The translations under genes were made by a program, and so were the position numbers. From contig JBGARZ010000017.1 in NCBI GenBank assembly GCA_044229975.1, positions 129,837 to 193,836 on the forward strand: DNA of 64,000 nt. Direction: 5' to 3'. This DNA comes from Polyangiales bacterium (lineage in GTDB: Bacteria > Myxococcota_A > Polyangia > Polyangiales > Ga0077539). Within the stretch, counting starts at the first letter, position 1. Every line of letters begins with the position of its first letter. The notes beneath the pieces were generated by a model. It was not told the origin of the DNA. It saw only the letters and a list, made by a program, of their open reading frames with translations, and did not search any database. Below are positions 38,527 to 48,648 of this stretch, one piece after another.

Positions 38527-39426
38527 ATGGAGTGGCTGAACTACCATCATCTGCACTACTTCTGGGCCGTGATGCAGGAGGGGTCGGTGGCCGCGGCGGG
38601 CCGTCGGCTGCGGGTCTCGTCGGGCACGGTGAGCGAGCAGGTGCGCGCGCTGGAGGGCACCCTCGGAGGCGCTCTCTTCGAGCGAGTCGGGCGCGGCCTC
38701 GTGCCGACGGAGCTCGGGCGGACGGCGTTCCGCTACGCCGACGAGATCTTCGGGCTCGGGCGCTCGCTACTCGCCGAGGCGCGCGGTCGACCCGGCGGGC
38801 GCGCCGCGCCGTTGACGGTGGGCGTGAGCGACTCGGTGCCGAAGATGGTCGCCCTCCAGCTCCTTCTGCCGGTGCTCGAAATGGAGGGCGCGCCGCACCT
38901 CGTCTGCCGCGAGGGCCAGCAGGAGCGCATGCTGACCGAGCTCGCCGCCCACGCCGTTGACGTGGTGCTCAGCGACGCGCCCGTGCACCCGGGCTGGTCG
39001 GTCGTCGCCTACAACCATCAGCTCGGCGACAGCCCCATGGTGGTCATGGGCGTCGAGGCCCTCGTGCGCGCCCGCCGCGCCGACTTCCCTCGCTCGCTCG
39101 ATGGTGCCCCGATGCTGCTCCCGCTCGCGGGCACCCCCGCGCGGCGGAGCTTCGACGGCTGGTGCGAGGCCGAGAGCGTACGTCCCCACGTGGTCGCCGA
39201 GTTCGAGGACGGGGCGCTGCTCAAGACCATCGGCGGCCGCGGGTTCGGGCTCTTCCTGGTGCCCGAGGTGGCCGTGGAGGTCGTGCGGGCGCAGTTCGGC
39301 GTGCGCGCGCTGGGTGTCGTCCCGGAGCTGCGCGAGCACTTCTACGCCATCACGGTCGAGAGGCGGGTGCGTCACCCGGCCGTGCGCCTGCTCTGCGCCA
39401 ACGCCCGCGAGCGCCTGGCGGGCTGA
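38527..39426 (+). CDS. nhaR: LysR family regulator, NhaR-like
   Basis: MEWLNYHHLHYFWAV, YADEIFGLG, LVCREG, YNHQLG and FYAITVERRVRHPAV. Confidence 0.85.
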   Translation: MEWLNYHHLHYFWAVMQEGSVAAAGRRLRVSSGTVSEQVRALEGTLGGALFERVGRGLVPTELGRTAFRYADEIFGLGRSLLAEARGRPGGRAAPLTVGVSDSVPKMVALQLLLPVLEMEGAPHLVCREGQQERMLTELAAHAVDVVLSDAPVHPGWSVVAYNHQLGDSPMVVMGVEALVRARRADFPRSLDGAPMLLPLAGTPARRSFDGWCEAESVRPHVVAEFEDGALLKTIGGRGFGLFLVPEVAVEVVRAQFGVRALGVVPELREHFYAITVERRVRHPAVRLLCANARERLAG

Positions 39427-39551
39427 TCCCGCCCGGCGTCCGGCGGTGGCCTGCGGTCGAGACCGCCTCGAAGGGCCCTTGCGCTACACCCGCCCCTGCG
39501 CGCGCAGCGACCGGCCGATCGCGGCGATGCGCTCGGGGGTCGTCGCGCACG

Positions 39552-39974
39552 TCACCGCGCGCTCCGCAGGATGCCCGCGGTGATGGCCACGCCCGAGACG
39601 ACGTGCATCAGCGCGAGGAGCACCTTGAGCCCGACGCCCGCGCCCGCGAGGTTGGCCGGGCCGCCCATGGAAAGCAGCCCGAACACCGCCGCCAGCACGG
39701 CAAACGCCGTCGCGGGCTGCCGGGCGAAGCGCCCCACCAGGAGAGCCGCGAGGCCCGCCGGGAGTGCGGGCACGAGCGAGGCGATCGCCACGGCCGCGAG
39801 CTTGAGGTCGACGGGCCCCGCGGCCGGGTCGAAGCGCGCGCTCAGCGACGTCATGGCTCCGCCCGCGAGGAAGAGCAGCACGTTGACGACGGCGCCCACG
39901 GCCGCTCCGCCCAACGATCCCTTGAAGACGGCGCCCGCGGTCCAGCGGGCCTTCGATGCGATGAGGTCTGTCAT
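39552..39974 (-). CDS. Small 4-TM membrane protein (DUF6069-like)
   Basis: Four hydrophobic segments, LLSMGGP and LLALMHVV. Confidence 0.7.
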   Translation of the reverse strand: MTDLIASKARWTAGAVFKGSLGGAAVGAVVNVLLFLAGGAMTSLSARFDPAAGPVDLKLAAVAIASLVPALPAGLAALLVGRFARQPATAFAVLAAVFGLLSMGGPANLAGAGVGLKVLLALMHVVSGVAITAGILRSAR

Positions 39975-40036
39975 GGGATCGATGATGCGCGCCGACCGAG
40001 CGCGGCGCAGCGGGACGGTGGTAGACAGTCTGTCCC

Positions 40037-40945
40037 ATGAGCGGGACGATCGACCCTTCGCTGTTCGCGCTCTTCGCCGAGGTCGTGGCCTCGGGCGGGG
40101 TGCGGGGCGCCGCGGCGCGCACCGGGACGCCGCGCTCCAGCGTGAGCCGCAAGCTCGCCGCCCTGGAGGCGCGCCTCGGTTCGCGCCTGCTGCAACGCAA
40201 CACCCGCACGGTGACCCTCACCGAGGAGGGGCGCGTGCTCTACGACCGCGTGCGCCCGGCGCTGGTGGCCCTCGGGGACGCCGAGAGCGCCCTGCGGTCG
40301 CTGCGCGATCGGCCCGTCGGGACGCTGCGCCTGACGGCGCCGCCGCTCTTCGCGGACCTGTTTCTCGGGGCCCCGCTCGCGTCGTACGCGCGGCGCTACC
40401 CGGAGGTGCGCGTGTCGCTGCACCTCACCGACGAGGTGGTGTCGCTGGTCGACGAGGGCTACGACTGCGCGCTCCGGGCGGGCCGCCTGCCCGACTCCTC
40501 GCTGGTCGCGCGCCTGCTGGGTCGCGGGTCGCAGCGCGTGTACGCCTCGCCGGACTACCTCCGCGCGCGCGGCGAGCCAACCCGCCCGTCGCAGCTCGCC
40601 GCCCACGACGCGCTGGTGTTCTCGGGTCGCAAGCAGCCCGAGCGCTGGTCGTTCGTGGCCCGCGGGCGGAGGGTCACCGTGACGGTGCGCGCGCGGGTGA
40701 CGGCCAACAGCCTGCTGGTGACGCGCGACCTCGCGCGGGCGGGCCTCGGGCTGGCGATGCTGCCGGCGTTCATCGCCCACGAGCCGGTGCGTCGCGGCGA
40801 GCTGCGCGAGGTGCTCGGCGGGTACGACGCCCCGCGCGGAGCCATGTACGCCGTCTTCCCGAGCGAGCAGCACCTCGCGCCCCGCACGAGGGCCTTCGTC
40901 GATCTCCTGGTCGAGCACTTCGCGGCCAACCCGTTGGACCCGTGA
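40037..40945 (+). CDS. LysR family regulator (CrgA/DmlR-like)
   Basis: SSVSRKLAALEARLGSRLLQRNTR, GTLRLTAP and YASPDYL. Confidence 0.93.
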   Translation: MSGTIDPSLFALFAEVVASGGVRGAAARTGTPRSSVSRKLAALEARLGSRLLQRNTRTVTLTEEGRVLYDRVRPALVALGDAESALRSLRDRPVGTLRLTAPPLFADLFLGAPLASYARRYPEVRVSLHLTDEVVSLVDEGYDCALRAGRLPDSSLVARLLGRGSQRVYASPDYLRARGEPTRPSQLAAHDALVFSGRKQPERWSFVARGRRVTVTVRARVTANSLLVTRDLARAGLGLAMLPAFIAHEPVRRGELREVLGGYDAPRGAMYAVFPSEQHLAPRTRAFVDLLVEHFAANPLDP

Positions 40946-40995
40946 GCCTGGCCTTCGGAGCGTCCTTCCCCACGACCTGCCCACCCACCTCACAC

Positions 40996-41030
40996 TGTTG
41001 ACGCGATCATCTATGGGATGATAGTCAACA
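40996..41030. promoter_or_regulatory. Imperfect palindrome upstream of TetR (candidate autoregulatory operator)
   Basis: TGTTGAC-gcg-ATCATC-tatgg-GATGAT-a-GTCAACA, ending 4 bp before the TetR ATG. Confidence 0.55.
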
Positions 41031-41034
41031 TGCA

Positions 41035-41589
41035 ATGCGGTACCCCGACGACCACAAGAGCACGGTGCGGGCGCGCATCGTCGAGGCGGCGGCGCAGGAG
41101 CTGCGGCGGGCGGGCGTCGGCGGGGTGAGCATCCCTGCGCTGATGCGCAAGGTCGGCCTCACGCACGGCGGGTTCTACGCGCACTTCCGTGACCGCGACG
41201 AGCTCGTGGCCGAGGCGGTGACCCACGCCGCGCAGCAGACGGGCGAGGGGGTCTTCGCGCGCGCGCCCGACCTCGACGCTGCGCTCGAACTCTACCTGTC
41301 GTCCGGTCACGTCGAGCACCCCGAGGCCGGGTGCGTGATCGCCTCGCTTGGCCCGGAGGGGACACGACAGTCTGGCCCGCTGCGGCGGGCCTTTGCCGAG
41401 GCGGCCCGCGGGTTGCTCCAGCACGTCGAGGCACGGCGTTCTCCCGGCCGCGCGACCCGGGAGCCCAGCGACGCCGCGTTGGCCCTCGCGGCCGGCATGG
41501 TCGGCGCCGTGGTGCTCGCACGCCTCGTCGACGATCCGGCCCTGGCCGCGCGCATCCTCCGCGCGGTCCGCGTGAAGTCCCGCGACTGA
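41035..41589 (+). CDS. TetR/AcrR family regulator
   Basis: RARIVEAA...LMRKVGLTHGGFYAHF, YLSSGH and GCVIASL. Confidence 0.93.
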   Translation: MRYPDDHKSTVRARIVEAAAQELRRAGVGGVSIPALMRKVGLTHGGFYAHFRDRDELVAEAVTHAAQQTGEGVFARAPDLDAALELYLSSGHVEHPEAGCVIASLGPEGTRQSGPLRRAFAEAARGLLQHVEARRSPGRATREPSDAALALAAGMVGAVVLARLVDDPALAARILRAVRVKSRD

Positions 41590-41792
41590 GCGAGACCCAC
41601 GGCGCCCGATGCACTTCATCTGCGCAAATGAATGATGGCTATCATGCAAAGAGACGCTGCGACGAAATCTCTCTCGGCCGACGCGACGGGCGACCCGCGT
41701 CGTCGCTCCGGAGATCACCCGACGATGCGTCTCCTGCTCGGCGATCGCTCGCTTCTTCCCCGCTTCGCAGCCTGTTTCCCGAGGTGATCACG

Positions 41793-42650
41793 ATGCGCTC
41801 TTCCAACGTTTCGCTCTCCACAACCTCTTCCGGTCGTTCGTCGCTGCGCGCCCGCTATGGTGACTGGGCCGTCGTGACAGGCGCCTCGGACGGCATCGGT
41901 CGCGCCTTCGCCCGGGCGCTCGCCCGCGCCGGCGTCAACGTCGTACTGGTGGCCCGTCGCGAGGCGCCGCTCCACGCGTTGGCCGATGAGCTCTCCGCGC
42001 AGTTCGCCGTCGCAGCGCGCGTCCTCCCCATGGACCTCGCGCGCCCCGACGAGACCGCCGAGCTCGCGCGGCGTACGGACGATCTCGACGTCGGCCTCGT
42101 GGTCGCGGCGGCGGGCTTCGGGACCAGTGGAGCGTTCGTCGACGCGCCGCTCGCCGAGGAGCTCGCGATGGTCGACGTGAACTGTCGCGCCGTGACCGAG
42201 CTCGCGCACCACTTCGGCCGTCGACTCTCAGATCGGGGCCGCGGGGCCATGGTGCTGATGAGCTCGCTGCTGGCCTTCCAGGGAGTGCCGAGGGCCGCCA
42301 ACTACGCGGCGACCAAGGCGTACGTGCAGGCGCTGGCCGAGGGGCTGCGGGTGGAGCTCGCCCCACGCGGCGTCGAGGTGGTGGCCTGCGCGCCGGGTCC
42401 CATCCGCAGCGGCTTCGCGCAGCGCGCGGGGATGACGATGGGGCTCGCGCAGACGCCGGACGTGGTGGCCTACGTGACGCTGCGCGCCCTCGGTGGTCGC
42501 GGTGGGACCGTGCGTCCGGGGTGGCTGGCGTGGGCGCTGGAGTGGTCGCTCGCGCTCCTGCCACGGTGGGGACGCGTGCGAGCGATGGCAAAGGTGATGG
42601 CCGGGATGACCCGAGGGCCGTCGTCGATCGCGACCCGCACGGCCCAGTAG
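41793..42650 (+). CDS. Short-chain dehydrogenase/reductase (17beta-HSD-like)
   Basis: YGDWAVVTGASDGIG and the catalytic S...YAATK. Confidence 0.93.
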   Translation: MRSSNVSLSTTSSGRSSLRARYGDWAVVTGASDGIGRAFARALARAGVNVVLVARREAPLHALADELSAQFAVAARVLPMDLARPDETAELARRTDDLDVGLVVAAAGFGTSGAFVDAPLAEELAMVDVNCRAVTELAHHFGRRLSDRGRGAMVLMSSLLAFQGVPRAANYAATKAYVQALAEGLRVELAPRGVEVVACAPGPIRSGFAQRAGMTMGLAQTPDVVAYVTLRALGGRGGTVRPGWLAWALEWSLALLPRWGRVRAMAKVMAGMTRGPSSIATRTAQ

Positions 42651-42720
42651 GGCTGATAGTCGTGCGCGAGATCGCGGTCGATGGCGTCGAGCGCCGCGAG
42701 CGCCGCCGCCCCGTCGAGTT
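42634..42720 (-). pseudogene. Fragment resembling the C-terminal TPR region of an ECF42-type sigma factor
   Basis: Hand translation LDGAAALAALDAIDRDLAHDYQPYWAVR. No sigma domain nearby. Confidence 0.45.
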
Positions 42721-42835
42721 GGCCGGTGTGATCGTCGACGACCGCCGCCCCGAGCCGACGCTGCTCCGCTTCCGACAGCGCGCGCCCGAGGCCGCCGCGC
42801 GAGTCCGGCGTGCCGCGCCAGCACGGCGTCGAGGC

Positions 42836-43723
42836 TCACCCGCGCCCCGGGAGCGGCAGCGTCAGCTCGACCTCGGCGGCGAGGGCGTCGACGAAGTACC
42901 GCACCTTCGCGGGCAGGTACTGGCGGCTCGGGTACACCGCGAAGATGGTGCGCTCGAGGGTCGCAACGCGCCGGAAGAGCACCTTCAACTCGCCAGCGAG
43001 CACGGCCTCACGGCACACGATGGCGGGCAGGCGCCCGACGCCCACCCCGGCCCGCACGGCCTCGCAGGCCACCTCGAGGTCGTTGACCACCAGGTGCGGT
43101 TCGACGCGCACCGCGACGCCGCCAACGTCCCAGGTCTCACGCGCGCGAAGTCCTACCGTGCGCGCCCGCTTGAGCGAGCGCGTGGTCGGCGCGCCGTGCG
43201 TGGCCAGGTACCCCGGGCTCGCCACATAGTACACGTGCGCGTCGCCGAGCTTGCGCGCCGTGAGCGTCGAGTCGTCGAGCGGCCCGACGCGGATCGCGAC
43301 GTCGACCGCCTCTTCGACGAAGTTCACGCGGCGGTCGGCGAGCGAGAGCTCGACCCTCATCTTCGGGTAGCGCGACAGGTACGACGCCACGACGGGCGCG
43401 AGGTAACGACGCCCGTAGAGCACCGGCGCCGAGACCCTCAGCACGCCGACCGGCTCGCTCTGGCGGCGCTGCACCTCGAGGTTGGCGTCGTCGATCTGCG
43501 CCGCGATGGCCGCGCAGCGCTCGGCGTAGGTGGCGCCAGCCTCGGTGACGCGCAGCCGCCGCGTAGTGCGCTCGAGCAGCCGCACGCCGAGCTGGGTCTC
43601 GAGCTTGCCCAGGCGCTCGCTGGCGGTCTGCTTGGTGACGCCGAGCAGCGCCGCGGCGCGCGTGAAGCTGCCCTCGCGCACCACGACGGCGAACAACAAC
43701 ATGTCAGCGGGGGAGACGGTCAT
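42836..43723 (-). CDS. LysR family regulator (CrgA/DmlR-like)
   Basis: GSFTRAAALLG, LLERTTRRLRVTEAG and VDVAIRVG. Confidence 0.93.
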   Translation of the reverse strand: MTVSPADMLLFAVVVREGSFTRAAALLGVTKQTASERLGKLETQLGVRLLERTTRRLRVTEAGATYAERCAAIAAQIDDANLEVQRRQSEPVGVLRVSAPVLYGRRYLAPVVASYLSRYPKMRVELSLADRRVNFVEEAVDVAIRVGPLDDSTLTARKLGDAHVYYVASPGYLATHGAPTTRSLKRARTVGLRARETWDVGGVAVRVEPHLVVNDLEVACEAVRAGVGVGRLPAIVCREAVLAGELKVLFRRVATLERTIFAVYPSRQYLPAKVRYFVDALAAEVELTLPLPGRG

Positions 43724-43800
43724 GGGTCAAGAATAACCTGACAATGAGTCCAGACGTCTCGCATTGTCGGATGGGGTCGCTCGGACCCATCGTGGCGGCC

Positions 43801-44712
43801 ATGAACGACAAACTCGTGGTGGTGGTGGGCGGCGCCGGAAAGCTCGGGCGCCTGGTGGTGGACTCCCTGCTGGCCCAGCCGGGCGTCAGGGTGCGCGCGC
43901 TGGTGCGGGACCCGAAGAAGCCTGAGGTGGCGGGCATGGCGGGCGCGCGGGTCGAGCTCGTGGCCTTCGACGCAGTGAGCGCCACCGGGGACGAACGCGC
44001 CGCCGCGGTGGAGGGGGCCTACGCGGTGGCCTCGACGGTGCAGGGCGGTCCCGATGTCATCATCGACGCCCAGCTCGCGCTGCTCCGCGCCGCGAAGGCG
44101 GCGGGCGCCCGGCGCTTCCTGCCGTCGGACTACTCCTACGACCTCTTCGCCGTGCCCGAGGGGGTCAACGTCAACTCCGACTGGCGCCGCGCGCTGGCGG
44201 CGCAGGCGAGCGTCGAAGAGGGCGGGGGCTTCGAGGTCGTGCACCTGATGCAGGGCATCTTCACCGACCGGTATGTGCTGGGGTTCCTGGGCGTCTTCGA
44301 CGCGCAGCAGGGCGTCGCGCGCTACTGGGGCGACGGCCAGACGCCGATCGACTGGACCACCTGGGAGGACACCGCCCGCTTCATCGCCGCGGCCGCGATC
44401 GACGAGCGCGAGGTTCCGTCGCGGCTCATGGTGTCGGGCGATCGCAAGACCCTGCCCGAAGTGGCGGAAGCCTGGTCGGCCGCGAAGGGGCGCGAGGTGA
44501 CGCTCGAACGGCTCGGCTCCCTCGACGAGCTCGCCGCCCTCACGGCGCGCAAGCAACGCGAAGAGCCGCAGAACATGTACGCCTGGCTGCCGCTCATGTA
44601 CGCGCGGTGCGTCTTCGGCGGGCAGGGCGTGCTCCGCGAGAAGCACAACGCGAACTACCCCGACATCCACGCCGAGACGGTGGCCCAGGCCATCGCGCGC
44701 GGCGCGCTGTGA
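43801..44712 (+). CDS. NmrA / isoflavone-reductase-like NAD(P)-binding protein
   Basis: VVGGAGKLG, AAKAAGARRFLPSDY and TTWEDTARF. Confidence 0.9.
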   Translation: MNDKLVVVVGGAGKLGRLVVDSLLAQPGVRVRALVRDPKKPEVAGMAGARVELVAFDAVSATGDERAAAVEGAYAVASTVQGGPDVIIDAQLALLRAAKAAGARRFLPSDYSYDLFAVPEGVNVNSDWRRALAAQASVEEGGGFEVVHLMQGIFTDRYVLGFLGVFDAQQGVARYWGDGQTPIDWTTWEDTARFIAAAAIDEREVPSRLMVSGDRKTLPEVAEAWSAAKGREVTLERLGSLDELAALTARKQREEPQNMYAWLPLMYARCVFGGQGVLREKHNANYPDIHAETVAQAIARGAL

Positions 44713-44831
44713 GGTTCGTGCTCGAAGCGCATCATCGGCCCCGCCGGAAGGCCCTCCAGGCCCTCGCGTCCGCGGGGCTCGCGGCGTGCACGCCCGCTGC
44801 TTCACCGTTCGAACGCCGAAGGGACACCACG

Positions 44832-45689
44832 ATGAACCGATCGATCACCGCCGTCGCCGACGCCTTCCGTCAGCCCGGCCACTCCTTCCTGGTCGCCCGC
44901 CTGAGCGACTCGATGTTCGGCCCCGGGGGCCTGGACCCCTTCATCGCGGGCGACGAGTTCGTGATGGGCGAGCCGACCTTTCCCCCTCACCCCCACGCGG
45001 GATTCTCCGCGGTGACGTGGATGTTCGAAGACGGCGACGGGGCCTTCACCAACCGCGACACCTTCAGCGCCTCTCCGGTGCAGATCGACCCCGGGGCGTT
45101 GCACTGGACCGCCGCGGGGCGCGGGATGATGCACGAGGAGGTTCCGACGGTGCCGGGTCGCGCCGCGCACGGACTCCAGCTCTTCGTCGACCTCCCGGTT
45201 GCGTTGAAGCACGCGGCGCCCGCCGCCCTGCACCTGTCGCGGGGAGAAGTGTCGATCGCGCGCTCGGAGCGGGCACAGGTGCGCGTGCTCGCGGGGCGCC
45301 ACGTCGACGCGCGCTCGGCGCTGGCGCCTCCCACCGAGGTCACGCTGCTCGACGCCACGCTCGAACGGGGCGCGCAGGTGACGCACCAGGCGCCGTCGAC
45401 CGACAACGTCCTGGTCTGGGTGCGCCGGGGCGCCGCGCGGGTCAACGGGACGCGGGTCACAGCCCATCAGGTCGCCCGCCTCGCGCCGGAGCCGGGGCTC
45501 GCCGACGCGCTGCGGCTGGAGGGCGAGGACGATCGCACGGAGCTCATCGTGCTCCAGGGACGGCCCCTCCGGCAGCCGCGCTTCGCGCACGGCCCCTTCG
45601 TCGGCTCGTCACCGGAGGAGGTCCGGCGGTACGTCGAGCGCTACCAGCGCGGCGAGATGGGTCGGCTCGCACCGTCCTTCGTGCGCTGA
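44832..45689 (+). CDS. Pirin family protein
   Basis: FPPHPHAGFSAVT, WTAAGRGMMHEE, LQLFVDLP and HGPFV. Confidence 0.93.
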   Translation: MNRSITAVADAFRQPGHSFLVARLSDSMFGPGGLDPFIAGDEFVMGEPTFPPHPHAGFSAVTWMFEDGDGAFTNRDTFSASPVQIDPGALHWTAAGRGMMHEEVPTVPGRAAHGLQLFVDLPVALKHAAPAALHLSRGEVSIARSERAQVRVLAGRHVDARSALAPPTEVTLLDATLERGAQVTHQAPSTDNVLVWVRRGAARVNGTRVTAHQVARLAPEPGLADALRLEGEDDRTELIVLQGRPLRQPRFAHGPFVGSSPEEVRRYVERYQRGEMGRLAPSFVR

Positions 45690-45803
45690 GCGCGGACGTC
45701 ACGACCGACCACCAGCGCCGCAGGCACGACGGTGAGGCCGACCGGGTGAAGGCGTCGAGGCAGCATCGGGTCGCCAGTGCCTCCCCCCCCCGGCGCACCT
45801 CAA

Positions 45804-47042
45804 TCAAGCGCGCCCGGCAGACTCCAGCAGCGACACCGCGCGCCCGACGCCGTCCTCCGCGCGCAGGAGCGCCCCGAGGGTCGAGGCGCGGGCGCGCATC
45901 GCGTCGTCGGTCACGGCCGCGCGGAGGGCCGCGGCGAGGGCCGCCCGACTGAGCTTCGCGCGCGGTACGGGCGCCGGTCCCACGCCGAGCGCGGCGACGC
46001 GCGAGCCCCAAAACGGCTGGTCCATCGCGAACGGAACCACCACCGACGGCACGCCCGCCCGCAGCCCCGCGCCCGTGGTGCCGGCCCCGCCGTGGTGCAC
46101 CACCGCCGCGACGCGCGCGAACAGCCACTCGTGCGGCAGCGCCTCGGCGGTAAACACCTCCGTGTCGTCGCTCGCCGTCGACAGACCACCCCAGCCCGCG
46201 AGCAGCACCACCCGCACGCCTGCGTCGCGCGCGGCGCCGCGCACCATGGCCGTCACCGCGGCCGGGTCTTCGCTCGCCATGCTCCCGAAGCCCACGCTCA
46301 CCACGGGCCCTTCGCGCGCAAGGAATGACTCCAGCGCGGGCGGCGGTGACCACGCCTCGGCCAGAGGCAGCGTCCAGTACCCGGTGACCTCGCGCGCCCG
46401 CCCCGCGCCCGCTGGCACCGGAACCACCCTCGACGAGAACCCGTAGAGCACCGGCTGCGTGAGGTGCGCCCGCGGCGGCCCGCTCAGCCCGAGCACCTCC
46501 TCGCGCGCGGCCCGCATCGCGCCCCGAAACGGCATCCACACCCCCGCCTCGGTGAGGTGGTGGCTGAGCCGTCGACCCAGGCCTCCGAGCCAGCGCGGCG
46601 TGCTCGCGAAGAGGGCGCCCGGGTACGCCGCGGTGGGGGCGCCAAGGGGTTGCAGGTGCGTCTCGACGAAGGGGCGGCCGAGGCGCTCGGCGACCGAGAG
46701 CGCCACCACCATTCCCCCGACGCCGCCGGTGATCACGTCGGCGCCCTCGCACGCCGCGAGGGCCTCGCGCGCCCAGCCCGACACCCGGTCGCCGATCATC
46801 GCCGCCGAGTAGCGCATGGCCGCGAGCGTCCCCCGCTCGGTGGCCCCGCGCGAGGCTCGCAGCGCCTCCTCGACGCTGCCAGTGAGCGGTCGGTGTGGGA
46901 CGCCCGCCTCCGCGGCCAGCGCGGCGCTGTCGGACGGGGCGATGAGCCAGGCGTCGTGCCCGGCGCGGCGCAGGCCGACGGCGAGGGCGGCGTAGGGCTG
47001 CACGCCGCCGCGAGTATCCATGGAGACGAGGGCGATGCGCAT
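45804..47042 (-). CDS. GT1 glycosyltransferase (sterol/lipid glucosyltransferase-like)
   Basis: TRGGVQPY, VGFGSM, PHEWLF, HHGGAGTT and DQPFW. Confidence 0.92.
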   Translation of the reverse strand: MRIALVSMDTRGGVQPYAALAVGLRRAGHDAWLIAPSDSAALAAEAGVPHRPLTGSVEEALRASRGATERGTLAAMRYSAAMIGDRVSGWAREALAACEGADVITGGVGGMVVALSVAERLGRPFVETHLQPLGAPTAAYPGALFASTPRWLGGLGRRLSHHLTEAGVWMPFRGAMRAAREEVLGLSGPPRAHLTQPVLYGFSSRVVPVPAGAGRAREVTGYWTLPLAEAWSPPPALESFLAREGPVVSVGFGSMASEDPAAVTAMVRGAARDAGVRVVLLAGWGGLSTASDDTEVFTAEALPHEWLFARVAAVVHHGGAGTTGAGLRAGVPSVVVPFAMDQPFWGSRVAALGVGPAPVPRAKLSRAALAAALRAAVTDDAMRARASTLGALLRAEDGVGRAVSLLESAGRA

Positions 47043-47074
47043 CGGGTCGGCGAGGCTCCTCTCGTTGGGTGATG

Positions 47075-47095
47075 ATTGCAACGGATGGTTGCAAT
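47075..47095. promoter_or_regulatory. TetR operator palindrome between the divergent GT1 and TetR genes
   Basis: Perfect ATTGCAAC-GGATG-GTTGCAAT, with a degenerate copy at about 47112-47131. Confidence 0.7.
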
Positions 47096-47143
47096 GTATG
47101 ATTCCTAGACGAGTGCGACGGGTGGTGCAATGGTCCGCGCGCC

Positions 47144-47746
47144 ATGAGCGCGACCCGACGAGCTACGCGGCGCGACGCGGGGCGACCGCGCGGCGCACCC
47201 ATCGCCGACGCGGTGCTGGCGGCGACCCTCCGGGAGCTGGCCTCGGCGGGCGTCGAGGGGTTGAGCGTCGAGCGCATCGCGCGGGAGGCCGAGGTCAACA
47301 AGACCAGCATCTACCGCCGATGGCCGACACGGGAGTCCCTGGTCGCGGCGGCGCTGGAGGGCGTGGCTGCGCAGGTAGCGGGGCAGCTCCCAGACACCGG
47401 ATCTCTGCGCGGTGACCTCCTGGCGCTGCTGCGGACGGTGGCGGAGCTGGTAGGCAGCCCGCTCGGACGCGGCCTGCTGCACGCCGCGCTCACGGAAACG
47501 AGCGAGGCGGCGGTGGCGGCCCTCGCGGCCGATCGGCTCGGGCGCGGCACGACGGCGCCGGCTCACGCGATCGTGAAGCGGGCGAAGGCGCGCGGGGAGT
47601 GGGCGCGCCGGGCACGGGGCGAGCAGCTCGTCCACGCGCTGGTGGGGGCGGTGATCCACCGGGCGGTGCTGGAGCACGGCTCGCTCGACCGTCGCTGGCT
47701 CGGTTCGCTCGTCGACCTGATGCTGTACGGCGCGCTGCCCAGGTGA
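47144..47746 (+). CDS. TetR/AcrR family regulator
   Basis: GRPR, ERIAREAEVNKTSIYRRWP and PDTGSLRGDL. Confidence 0.93.
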   Translation: MSATRRATRRDAGRPRGAPIADAVLAATLRELASAGVEGLSVERIAREAEVNKTSIYRRWPTRESLVAAALEGVAAQVAGQLPDTGSLRGDLLALLRTVAELVGSPLGRGLLHAALTETSEAAVAALAADRLGRGTTAPAHAIVKRAKARGEWARRARGEQLVHALVGAVIHRAVLEHGSLDRRWLGSLVDLMLYGALPR

Positions 47747-47844
47747 CGGTCCCACGCGGCCTTCGTCGGGGCGACGACGTGACCTTCGCGCTCATCCCGC
47801 GTCGACGGTGGGGAGGAGGCGTCGCTCACCCGCTTGCGCGCCGT

Positions 47845-48648
47845 CTATCGCGCGCCGCGTCGGTGGGGCTCACCCCGATCGGGCGTCGTCGTCTCGGCGC
47901 CGAGGATGTCCTCCAGCCGATGCCAGTACGAGACACCATCGGGCAGGGTCGTCCCATCACGTAGGCCGAAGCCGCCGGCGACCACGCGGCACCAGGGCAT
48001 CCGAACCTCCGCGACCTGCGCGATGCGCGCGACGTATTCGATCTGTCGGGGCATCGAGACGGACACCCCGATCACGCTGGGGCGCAGGATCGCGCAGAGG
48101 CGGCCGAGCCATTCGAGGTCGGGCATCTCGGGCAGCACGCGCGCGTCGCGGCCCGCCTCGCGGAGCGTGAAGCCGAACATGCGCATGCCGATGGTGTGGC
48201 GGTTGCCCTCCGCAGGGAGCAGGAAGATCGGCTCGCCCGCCAACACCCCGACGCGCCGCCGCTGCTCCATCTCCATCTCTTCGAGCGCGCGCTCGCAGAA
48301 CCGGCTGAAGCGCGCCTCGGTCGCGGGCTCGATCTCGCCCACATCCCAGAGGCGACCGAGCTCATAGAGCGCCGGCTGGAGGACTCCGACCAGGATGTCG
48401 AGCGGACGAAGCTGGAGCGCGTGCGCGTGGTCGAGGAGCGAGCCCACGTCTGCGTCGGAGCCGGTGCGCGCGACGTGCATCATCCGACGGTGGAGCTCGG
48501 CGATGGGCCGGGTGCGCTCGATCGCCTGGTGATCCGTGAGGGCATCGCGTCGCGAGCAGGCGAGGCAGATGCCGTGGGTCGGCGAGTAGTCCGCGAGCGG
48601 CTCCCGCTCTCCCAGGAAGCGCCAGCAGTAGGCACACCAGCGAAACAT
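47845..48648 (-). CDS. Cobalamin-binding domain protein with an N-terminal Cys/His cluster
   Basis: CAYC...HGICLAC, a B12 cap region (LQPALYELGRLW), EGNRHTIG, IGVSVS and VAGG. Confidence 0.8.
   Translation of the reverse strand: MFRWCAYCWRFLGEREPLADYSPTHGICLACSRRDALTDHQAIERTRPIAELHRRMMHVARTGSDADVGSLLDHAHALQLRPLDILVGVLQPALYELGRLWDVGEIEPATEARFSRFCERALEEMEMEQRRRVGVLAGEPIFLLPAEGNRHTIGMRMFGFTLREAGRDARVLPEMPDLEWLGRLCAILRPSVIGVSVSMPRQIEYVARIAQVAEVRMPWCRVVAGGFGLRDGTTLPDGVSYWHRLEDILGAETTTPDRGEPHRRGAR

Noticed and set aside
43726..43742. GTCA-N9-TGAC palindrome as a LysR box
   Set aside because: Only 4-bp arms and no symmetric T-N11-A core; too weak to call.
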